Shown here piece by piece: positions 17,477 through 25,135 of a DNA stretch of 32,000 bases. The notes under the pieces are model-generated. The model made no database searches, had not been told where the DNA came from, and saw nothing but the letters and a program-made list of their open reading frames with translations. The first letter of the stretch is position 1. Each line of letters begins with the position of its first letter. This stretch comes from Copranaerobaculum intestinale (GTDB lineage Bacteria; Bacillota_I; Bacilli_A; Erysipelotrichales; Erysipelotrichaceae). Position numbers and translations under genes: made by a program. The DNA lies in the NCBI RefSeq assembly GCF_009831105.1, contig NZ_WUUQ01000003.1, positions 30,001 through 62,000 on the forward strand, in the 5' to 3' direction.

Positions 17477-18230
17477 AAGAATTTGCAAAACACTTTCCGC
17501 CTTTTGCCTGACAATGGTTGTGGCATTTGGCTTTACGATCCCTGCTTTTGCACAGGGGTCAGAACAGGCTCCGGCGGCACCGGCAGAGGATTCTACCAAT
17601 GACAGCAATGTGATTGTGGAAGAAACAGAACCGGCACCGGCACTTACACCAGATGGCAATGCCGCTCTGGTGGATGATTTTGGTGGCAATAAGCAGCTCA
17701 TTACCGTTACTACCAAGGCTGGCAACTATTTTTACATTTTGATCGACAGGGCTAATGAGGATAAAAAGACTGCTGTTCACTTTCTGAACCAGGTGGATGA
17801 AGCGGATTTGATGGCACTGATGGAAGATGGAAATGCCAAAGAGGAGCCGCCTGCGGTGTGCAGCTGCACGAAGAAATGTGAAGCAGGGGCAGTCAATACG
17901 GCCTGTCCGGTCTGTGTAACGGATAAGAGTAAATGTACGGGAAAAGCACCGGAACCTCCGGCAGAAACACCGAAGCCAGAAAAAGAGAAGCCTGCCGGAC
18001 TGAACCCGGCTGCGCTGATCCTGCTGCTGGCTCTGCTTGGTGGAGGTGGTGTATTTGCCTACTTGAAGCTCGTTAAGAACAAGCCTAAGACCAAGGGCAA
18101 TGACAGTCTGGACGATTATGATTATGGCGAGGAAGATTCCGAGGAATGGGAAACCGAGGATGAGGAGTCGGACGAGCCGGATGCTGACGGGGGCAGCGCA
18201 GAAGAAGATGACGAGGACAGCGTGAAATGA
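17469..18230 (+). CDS. Secreted/anchored DUF4366-like protein
   Basis: Signal peptide ending in AFAQG. DUF4366-like core [35 protein letters not shown]. Cys cluster [21 protein letters not shown]-terminal TM segment and acidic tail. Confidence 0.7.
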   Translation: MNKRICKTLSAFCLTMVVAFGFTIPAFAQGSEQAPAAPAEDSTNDSNVIVEETEPAPALTPDGNAALVDDFGGNKQLITVTTKAGNYFYILIDRANEDKKTAVHFLNQVDEADLMALMEDGNAKEEPPAVCSCTKKCEAGAVNTACPVCVTDKSKCTGKAPEPPAETPKPEKEKPAGLNPAALILLLALLGGGGVFAYLKLVKNKPKTKGNDSLDDYDYGEEDSEEWETEDEESDEPDADGGSAEEDDEDSVK

Positions 18231-18421
18231 CCCGTTTCACAGACAGTCCCTATGAACGCATGATGACACGCAGGCCGGAGGGCGGGAAGGAAACTTCCCG
18301 TCCTCCCTCTTTGCCCCAAAGCCACCCCTGTTATGGCTGCGGAAATTATGGAAGCCCCTGCGTAGGTGTCTGCCACCGTGAGATGGAACGATGGCTCAAA
18401 GAAAGGAAACGAAAAAAATGA
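18227..18421 (+). CDS. Small cysteine-rich protein (Cys_rich_VLP-like, tentative)
   Basis: [20 protein letters not shown] motif. ATGA overlaps at both ends indicate translational coupling. Confidence 0.5.
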   Translation: MTRFTDSPYERMMTRRPEGGKETSRPPSLPQSHPCYGCGNYGSPCVGVCHREMERWLKERKRKK

Positions 18422-19110
18422 GTGTTCTGATTATATTTATCAAGCTGATTGCTGTTTTTGACCTGCTGGTGATCGCCGTGTATTTTGGCGGCGACATTCT
18501 TTCTACCATGTTAAACAAACTTCGGAGAAAGCCAAAGCAAGATGACCCCTTTGATTTCTCCTTAGATACCGTGACAGTTTCATTGTCCATAGATTCTATC
18601 CGTCAGCTTTATTCCGGTGACGCGGCAGAGTTTGTGGAAGAAAAGATCCTGCCAAATGCGGGGAAAACAATGGCCGTTTTAACGGAACAAGAACAGACGG
18701 CGACTCGTCTGCTCTTATCTGCTCTGATCGGTTTTCTTGCAGCAGAAGCTCCTATGGATGAACAGAGCTTTCCTTTGATGATGGAACTTCTGAACTGCAT
18801 GGAAGGGGAAAAAGAAGATGGTTGCCAGGATGCAGTAGATAGTTTACTTGAAGATGCCGCCTGCAATACCCGCCGTCACGAAGAATATTACAGCAATTAT
18901 CAACGCTACCAGCTGATGCAGGTGGATAAAACCCGTGTCATTTTGGCTTGCCGCATCATCATCAATGACCTGCTGGGGAAACTGTACCGCTATGACTACC
19001 GGTTTGGTTATAACCTGCTACTGGATGAGGAAAACAGCATAGAGAAAAAACTGCACACGCCTGTGCGGGAAGAATGGGAGGTTGAAGAATATGAAGCTGG
19101 TGATTGCTGA
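18418..19110 (+). CDS. Single-pass membrane protein with a domain resembling the all-alpha domain of the element's own T4CP
   Basis: N-terminal TM segment [56 protein letters not shown] matches traG's TLLYCALIGYIHYEAPVEEQNFSTLIEFINAME. Single 60-nt lines give 42-43% GC here against 63% in topB. Confidence 0.7.
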   Translation: MSVLIIFIKLIAVFDLLVIAVYFGGDILSTMLNKLRRKPKQDDPFDFSLDTVTVSLSIDSIRQLYSGDAAEFVEEKILPNAGKTMAVLTEQEQTATRLLLSALIGFLAAEAPMDEQSFPLMMELLNCMEGEKEDGCQDAVDSLLEDAACNTRRHEEYYSNYQRYQLMQVDKTRVILACRIIINDLLGKLYRYDYRFGYNLLLDEENSIEKKLHTPVREEWEVEEYEAGDC

Positions 19111-21190
19111 AAAACCATCAGTTGCCCGGAGTTTGGCGGCGGTGATCGGTGCAACTGCCCGTAAGGACGGGTATCTGGAGGGCAACGGCTGGCGTGTCAG
19201 CTGGTGTGTGGGCCATCTGGCCGGTCTTGCGGACGCAGACAGCTATGACCCCAAGTACGCCAAGTGGCGATATGATGACCTGCCTATTCTGCCGGAGCAT
19301 TGGCAGATGGTAGTGGGAAAGGATAAGAAAAAGCAGTTTGATATTCTCAAAAAGCTGATGAACGCCCCGGATGTGACGGAGGTAGTAAATGCCTGTGATG
19401 CCGGACGCGAGGGCGAGCTGATCTTTCGCAGCGTCTATGAGCTGGCAGACTGTCAAAAGCCTATGAAAAGGCTCTGGATTTCTTCGATGGAGGACTCTGC
19501 CATAAGGGAAGGCTTTGCAAATCTGCGCCCCGGTGCGGATTATGACGGACTTCGGGATGCTGCCCTCTGCCGTGCCAAGGCCGACTGGCTGGTGGGGATC
19601 AATGCGACAAGGCTTTTTTCCGTGCTGTATCACCGAACCCTCAACATCGGGCGCGTGATGTCCCCGACGCTGGCGCTTATTGTTCAGCGAGAAGCTGAGA
19701 TCGACACCTTTAAGCCGGTTCCCTTTTATACCGTGGCGCTGGAACTGCCCGGTCTTACCATATCCGGGGAGCGCATGGCGGATAAGGCCGCTGCTGAGCA
19801 GCTGAAAGAAGCCTGCCAGGGTGCAGCTGTCACGATCAAAAAGGTGGAGTGCAAGGAAAAATCCGAAAAGCCGCCTGCCCTCTATGACCTGACTACTCTG
19901 CAAAGAGATGCCAACCGCCTGCTTGGATTTACAGCCCAGCAGACCCTGGACTATCTGCAAAGCCTGTATGAAAAGAAGCTCTGCACCTATCCCCGTACTG
20001 ACAGCCGCTATCTGACCGGTGATATGGCAGACAGCCTGCCGGTGCTGGTGAATCTGGTTGCCAATGCTATGCCATTTCGCAAAGGGATCGCCATTACCTG
20101 TGATCCGCAGACGGTCATCAACGACAAGAAAGTAACCGACCACCACGCAGTAATCCCTACCAGAAATCTCAAGGATGCAGACCTTTCTGCCCTTCCTGCG
20201 GGAGAAAAAGCGGTGCTGGAGCTGGTGGCCCTGCGTCTGCTGTGTGCCGTGGCCCAGCCCCATATCTATTCGGAAACCGTTGTGATTGCAACGTGTGCCG
20301 GTAGGAAGTTTACTGCCAAAGGAAAAACGGTGAAGCACCCCGGATGGAAAGCACTGGAGGACGCCTACCGTGCCAAAATGAAGGATGCAGAGCCGAAAAA
20401 AGAGGGCGCAGAGAAAGCCCTGCCGGAGCTGACCGAAGGACAGATCCTTTCGGTTGCTGCTGCAATCGTCAAAGAAGGCAAAAGCAGTCCGCCCCAGCAC
20501 TTTACGGAGGACACCCTGTTGTCCGCGATGGAGACTGCCGGAAAAGAGGATATGCCGGAGGATGCCGAACGAAAAGGTCTGGGGACACCGGCCACCCGTG
20601 CCGGTATTTTGGAAAAGCTGGTATCTGCCGGTTTTCTGGAACGAAAAAAGAGCAGGAAAACGGTGCAGCTTCTCCCTTCCCATGATGCAGTTTCCCTGAT
20701 CACCGTTCTGCCGGAACAACTGCAATCGCCGCTTTTGACTGCCGAGTGGGAGTACCGCCTGGGCGAGATCGAGCGCGGGCAGCTTGCCCCGGAGGAGTTT
20801 TTGGACGGGATCAGCACCATGCTGAAAGACCTGGTGGGGACTTATCAGGTCATCAAGGGAACGGAGTACCTGTTCACTCCGCCCCGTGAGGTGGTGGGCA
20901 AATGCCCTCGCTGCGGCGGGGAGGTTGCAGAACTGCAAAAAGGCTTCTTCTGTCAGAATGATTCTTGCAGATTTGCAATCTGGAAAAACAACAAATGGTG
21001 GGCTGCCAAGAAAAAAGAGCCGACCAAAGCTGTGGTGTCTGCGCTGCTGAACGATGGCCGTGTCCGTGTGACGGGGTTATATTCGGAGAAAACCGGCAAG
21101 ACCTACGATGCCACTGTGGTTTTGGAGGACGATGGACAGTATGCCAATTTCAAGCTGGAATTTGACCAGCGGAAAGGAGGCAGCCGATGA
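19091..21190 (+). CDS. topB: DNA topoisomerase III
   Basis: Toprim motifs MKLVIAEKPS and NACDAGREGELIF. The active-site region is CTYPRTDSRYL. C-terminal zinc ribbon CPRCGGEV...CQNDSCRFAIWK, plus a terminal repeat. Confidence 0.93.
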   Translation: MKLVIAEKPSVARSLAAVIGATARKDGYLEGNGWRVSWCVGHLAGLADADSYDPKYAKWRYDDLPILPEHWQMVVGKDKKKQFDILKKLMNAPDVTEVVNACDAGREGELIFRSVYELADCQKPMKRLWISSMEDSAIREGFANLRPGADYDGLRDAALCRAKADWLVGINATRLFSVLYHRTLNIGRVMSPTLALIVQREAEIDTFKPVPFYTVALELPGLTISGERMADKAAAEQLKEACQGAAVTIKKVECKEKSEKPPALYDLTTLQRDANRLLGFTAQQTLDYLQSLYEKKLCTYPRTDSRYLTGDMADSLPVLVNLVANAMPFRKGIAITCDPQTVINDKKVTDHHAVIPTRNLKDADLSALPAGEKAVLELVALRLLCAVAQPHIYSETVVIATCAGRKFTAKGKTVKHPGWKALEDAYRAKMKDAEPKKEGAEKALPELTEGQILSVAAAIVKEGKSSPPQHFTEDTLLSAMETAGKEDMPEDAERKGLGTPATRAGILEKLVSAGFLERKKSRKTVQLLPSHDAVSLITVLPEQLQSPLLTAEWEYRLGEIERGQLAPEEFLDGISTMLKDLVGTYQVIKGTEYLFTPPREVVGKCPRCGGEVAELQKGFFCQNDSCRFAIWKNNKWWAAKKKEPTKAVVSALLNDGRVRVTGLYSEKTGKTYDATVVLEDDGQYANFKLEFDQRKGGSR

Positions 21191-21465
21191 AGCTCTCTTT
21201 AGTGGAACGGGAAACCATTCTCCTCTATAACCAGGAAGAACCAATGGCTGAGGTTTACACCCACGATCCCCATCTGATGGAGAAGCTGGAACTGCTGGCA
21301 AAAAAGCACCCCGACCAGATCATCCGAAAGGACGCCCATAACTTTACCGTCCCCAAGCGGTGTGTATCAGTCAGGGAGCCATACAGCGCAGAACGCCGCA
21401 AAGCTGCCAGTGAGCGTGCGAAAGCTGCCGGATACCAGCCTCCTGTGAGAAAGCCCAGCAGTTAA
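21187..21465 (+). CDS. Hypothetical 92-aa protein
   Basis: ATGA overlap with the topB stop. No family recognised. Confidence 0.5.
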   Translation: MKLSLVERETILLYNQEEPMAEVYTHDPHLMEKLELLAKKHPDQIIRKDAHNFTVPKRCVSVREPYSAERRKAASERAKAAGYQPPVRKPSS

Positions 21466-21471
21466 AGGCAC

Positions 21472-24400
21472 ATGGCAGAGAATGTATTTGAAGCAGTCAA
21501 GCTGTCAGTCAGCACCAGAGAAGCGGCAGAGTTTTATGGGATAAAAGTCAGGCGAAATGGCATGGCCTGCTGTCCTTTTCACGATGATAAGAACCCCAGC
21601 ATGAAGGTAGACCAGCGGTTCCACTGCTTTGGCTGCGGTGAAGATGGGGATGTGATCGACTTTACCGCAAAGCTCTTTGACCTCTCCCCAAAAGAAGCGG
21701 CGGAGAAACTGGCACAGGACTTTGGCCTGATCTATGACAGTCAGGCCCCGCCCCGCAGGAGATATGTCCGGCAAAAAACCGAGGCACAGAAGTTTCGGGA
21801 GGATCGACAGCGCTGTTACCGTGTACTGTCCGATTACTACTATCTGCTGAAAAAATGGGAAGCCGACCGTTCTCCCAGGACACCGGAGGAAGAACCGCAC
21901 CCCCGCTTTGTGGAAGCAATCCAGAAGAAAACCTATGTAGAGTACCTGCTGGACCTTTTTCTTTATGAAAGTGAAGAAGAACAAAAGGCATGGATTGCAG
22001 AACACACAGCAGAAATCACACACTTGGAAAGGAGATTGAAAATCATGGCTGAGAATAAACCCACCAACCGAGAACGGCTAAGGGAAATCACAGATGGCAT
22101 CGAGCAGGGTATCAAAGAACTGTTTGAAAGCGAAAAGTATATGCGTTATCTGTCCGTCATGTCCCGATTTCACCGCTATTCGGTAAACAACACCATGCTC
22201 ATCTATATGCAGAAGCCGGACGCCACTTTGGTAGCCGGATACAATAAGTGGAAAGACCAGTTTGAGCGTCATGTAAAAAAGGGCGAGCATGGCATTACCA
22301 TCATTGCCCCCACACCGTATAAGAAGAAAATCGAGGAGCAGAAACTGGACCCGGATACCAAGGCTCCGATTCTGGATAAAGACGGAAAGATCGTCACAGA
22401 GGAAAAAGAAATCGAAATCCCCATGTTTCGTCCGGTCAAGGTCTTTGATGTGAGCCAGACCGACGGGAAACCTTTGCCGGAGCTTGCTTCCTCCCTTTCC
22501 GGCAATGTGCCAAATTATGAGGCATTCATGGAGGCTCTGCGCCGCAGTGCGCCGGTGCCGATCACTTTTGAAGCAATGGCCGCCGATACGGACGGCTATT
22601 TTTCTGCCGATCATCAGAAAATCGCCATTCGTCAGGGCATGAGTGAGGTGCAGACGGTTTCGGCCACAGTACACGAGATTGCCCACAGCAAGCTCCACAA
22701 TCAGAAAAAGATTCAGATTGCCAATGACGAGCAATATCAGGAGATCGAGCTGTTTGATAAACCCGGTCTGTTCTCCAATGGGCGGATTGTCCGTGATAAT
22801 CTGCCGGAGGGCGTTTATTGCTATGACCTGTGCGGTTCTGACTACGACCCCGGAGAGCCGGTCTGTGTAGAAGAACAAGTAGTTGTAAACCATGCAGGTT
22901 CCGTTCTGCTGACAGAGCCGCTGGAGCTGGCGGAAGATGGACGCCTGATGCTGACCGAGGAAGAAGGGCTGAATTTTGTTGGCGGCTTTTCTACCCTCAC
23001 CCAGTTTTTGCAAGAACAGAGGAAAGACCGCCACACGGAGGAAGTGGAGGCTGAAAGCATCTCCTATGCGGTCTGCAAATATTTTGGCATTGAGACCGGA
23101 GAAAACAGCTTCGGCTATATTGCAAGCTGGAGTCAGGGCAAGGAACTGAAAGAGCTGAGAGCCAGTTTGGAGACCATCAATAAGACCTCCGGCACTTTGA
23201 TCTCTGACATTGAGCGCCACTATAAGGAAATCTGCAAAGAGCGTGGGATTGATCCCCATGCAAAGGCAGAGCCGGAAACCGCCCCGATAGAGCAGCCAAC
23301 CGGCAATCTGACTTACTATGTGGCAGAGTGCATGGAGTTTCCAAACCTCGGAGAATACCACGATAACCTGTCTTTGGAGGAGGCGGTCCGCATCTATCAG
23401 GAAATTCCGGCAGAGCGAATGAACGGGATCAAAGGAATTGGTTTTGAGCTGAAAGACGGAAGCGACTATGAAGGACCGTTTCCGATTTTGACCGGGCAGA
23501 CCATTGACCTGGACACTATTCAGGCAATCGACTATTACCGTGACAATCCGCTGGTACAGAAAGCGGTAAAGGAACTGGCTGCGACCATGCCGGAAATGGA
23601 GGTACTGGGGGCGGATGCCAACCAGCAGGAGGCTTTGTTTCTGATCAACGATACTACCTATCTTCATATCCAGCCTTGTGACAGCGGATGGGACTACACT
23701 CTTTACGATGCTGCGTCCATGAAAGAGCTGGATGGTGGTCAGCTGGATATGTCGGAGCTTTCCCGCAAAAATGCAGTTCTCCAGATTTGTGATGACAACA
23801 ATCTGGACAGCACTTCGCTCAGACACGCTCCTATGTCCATGATTGAGACCTTGCAGGAAGCGGCCTATCAGCAAATGCAGGCAGAGACCAGTCAGATGAT
23901 TGCTTCTTCCCAGTTGCCGGAGGCACAGGAGCAGGCACTGGATGAATACCCCATGCCGGATGAGCAGGTCTCCACACCGGATATGCAGGAATATGGCTAC
24001 TCCTATGATGGGATGCTCCCTGTTACCAGAGAACGGGCGCTGGAACTGGATGCCGCCGGTTTGACCGTCTATGTGCTGCATGAGGACAATACGGAGAGCA
24101 TGGTGTTTGACCCGCAGGAAATCATGGATCATGGCGGTCTTTTCGGTGTGGACCATGAGGAATGGGAGAAAAGCCCTCAGTTCCACGAAAAGGTCATGGA
24201 GCGTCAGGAACATCAGCAGGAACGCGAACAGGCATTTCTATCCCAGAACAGAGATTGCTTTGCCATCTATCAGGTGAGCCGTGACGATCCGCAGAATGTG
24301 CGCTTTATGAATCTGGATTGGTTAAAGTCCCATGACATTTCCATAGACCGCAGCAATTATGACCTCATTTACACAGCTCCGCTAAGTGCGTCTGGCACTG

Positions 24401-24840
24401 TGCCGGAGCAGTTGGAAAAACTCTATCAGCAATTCAATCTGGAAAAGCCCGTGGACTTTCGCAGTCCCTCCATGAGTGTCAGTGACATCGTTGCGATCAG
24501 ACAGGACGGTAAGGTATCCTGTCATTACTGTGACAGTGTTGGCTTTACCCAGATCCCCGGATTTCTGCCGGAAAATCCGCTGAAAAATGCGGAGATGGCC
24601 GTGGAGGATGATTACGGCATGATCGACGGTATCATCAATAATGGCGTAAAGGAACCTACGGTGGCAGAGCTGGAACAGCAGGCCCGCAGCGGTCAGCCCA
24701 TTTCCCTGATGGATCTGGCTGCCGCTGCCCATCGGGAGGAACGGGAAAAGAAAAAGTCCGTCATGGAGCAGCTGAAAAGCCAGCCCAAGGCAGAACACAA
24801 AAAGACAGCGCCCAAAAAGAGTGCGGAAAGGGAGATTTGA
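21472..24840 (+). CDS. Polyvalent protein: CHC2 primase zinc finger + ArdC-N-like ssDNA-binding domain + HExxH metallopeptidase + YodL-like and DUF4316-like C-terminal modules
   Basis: CCPFHDDKNPSMKVDQRFHCFGCGEDGDVIDF at 21568-21663. YSVNNTMLIYMQKPDATLVAGYNKWKDQFERHVKKGEHGITIIAP at about 22138-22310. HEIAH at 22672-22686. CFAIYQVSRDDPQNVRFMNLDWL at about 24255. AVEDDYGMIDGIINNG at about 24600. Confidence 0.85.
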   Translation: MAENVFEAVKLSVSTREAAEFYGIKVRRNGMACCPFHDDKNPSMKVDQRFHCFGCGEDGDVIDFTAKLFDLSPKEAAEKLAQDFGLIYDSQAPPRRRYVRQKTEAQKFREDRQRCYRVLSDYYYLLKKWEADRSPRTPEEEPHPRFVEAIQKKTYVEYLLDLFLYESEEEQKAWIAEHTAEITHLERRLKIMAENKPTNRERLREITDGIEQGIKELFESEKYMRYLSVMSRFHRYSVNNTMLIYMQKPDATLVAGYNKWKDQFERHVKKGEHGITIIAPTPYKKKIEEQKLDPDTKAPILDKDGKIVTEEKEIEIPMFRPVKVFDVSQTDGKPLPELASSLSGNVPNYEAFMEALRRSAPVPITFEAMAADTDGYFSADHQKIAIRQGMSEVQTVSATVHEIAHSKLHNQKKIQIANDEQYQEIELFDKPGLFSNGRIVRDNLPEGVYCYDLCGSDYDPGEPVCVEEQVVVNHAGSVLLTEPLELAEDGRLMLTEEEGLNFVGGFSTLTQFLQEQRKDRHTEEVEAESISYAVCKYFGIETGENSFGYIASWSQGKELKELRASLETINKTSGTLISDIERHYKEICKERGIDPHAKAEPETAPIEQPTGNLTYYVAECMEFPNLGEYHDNLSLEEAVRIYQEIPAERMNGIKGIGFELKDGSDYEGPFPILTGQTIDLDTIQAIDYYRDNPLVQKAVKELAATMPEMEVLGADANQQEALFLINDTTYLHIQPCDSGWDYTLYDAASMKELDGGQLDMSELSRKNAVLQICDDNNLDSTSLRHAPMSMIETLQEAAYQQMQAETSQMIASSQLPEAQEQALDEYPMPDEQVSTPDMQEYGYSYDGMLPVTRERALELDAAGLTVYVLHEDNTESMVFDPQEIMDHGGLFGVDHEEWEKSPQFHEKVMERQEHQQEREQAFLSQNRDCFAIYQVSRDDPQNVRFMNLDWLKSHDISIDRSNYDLIYTAPLSASGTVPEQLEKLYQQFNLEKPVDFRSPSMSVSDIVAIRQDGKVSCHYCDSVGFTQIPGFLPENPLKNAEMAVEDDYGMIDGIINNGVKEPTVAELEQQARSGQPISLMDLAAAAHREEREKKKSVMEQLKSQPKAEHKKTAPKKSAEREI

Positions 24841-24841
24841 T

Positions 24842-25057
24842 ATGGGAAACTTTACTTTTGAGGAAATGAACCTGATGTGCATTTACAATACCGGTAGCCG
24901 CACCGGACTGATCGACAGCCTGCGTGAGATGCGCGGCGAGCTGGCCCCGGAGGAAACCGAGCTGCGGGAGTTGACAGACAGCGCACTGGGCAAGCTCCAG
25001 GCCATGAGTGATGCCGAGTTTGCCGAGCTGGAGTTGTATCCGGATTTTGACCAGTAA
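24842..25057 (+). CDS. Transposon-transfer-assisting (TTRAP-like) small protein
   Basis: MGNFTFEEMNLMCIYNTGSRTGLIDSLREMRGEL... ATG 24842 follows AAAGGGAG. Confidence 0.6.
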   Translation: MGNFTFEEMNLMCIYNTGSRTGLIDSLREMRGELAPEETELRELTDSALGKLQAMSDAEFAELELYPDFDQ

Positions 25058-25076
25058 ACACTATAATCGCAGGGAT

Positions 25077-25106
25077 GGGGTGGCAATATGCCACCCCACC
25101 TTTTTA
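25077..25106 (+). terminator. Rho-independent terminator
   Basis: GGGGTGGC (25077-25084) pairs with GCCACCCC (25090-25097), followed by ACCTTTTT. Confidence 0.7.
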
Positions 25107-25135
25107 CCCCAAAACTGAAAGGAGGACAGAACACT

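Noticed and set aside
25062-25067. Perfect TATAAT between the TTRAP gene and the giant ORF.
   Set aside because: No acceptable -35 lies at 16-18 bp: TTGACC is only 9 nt upstream and TTGTAT is 22 nt upstream. A transcript from here would begin with the terminator hairpin at 25077-25106.
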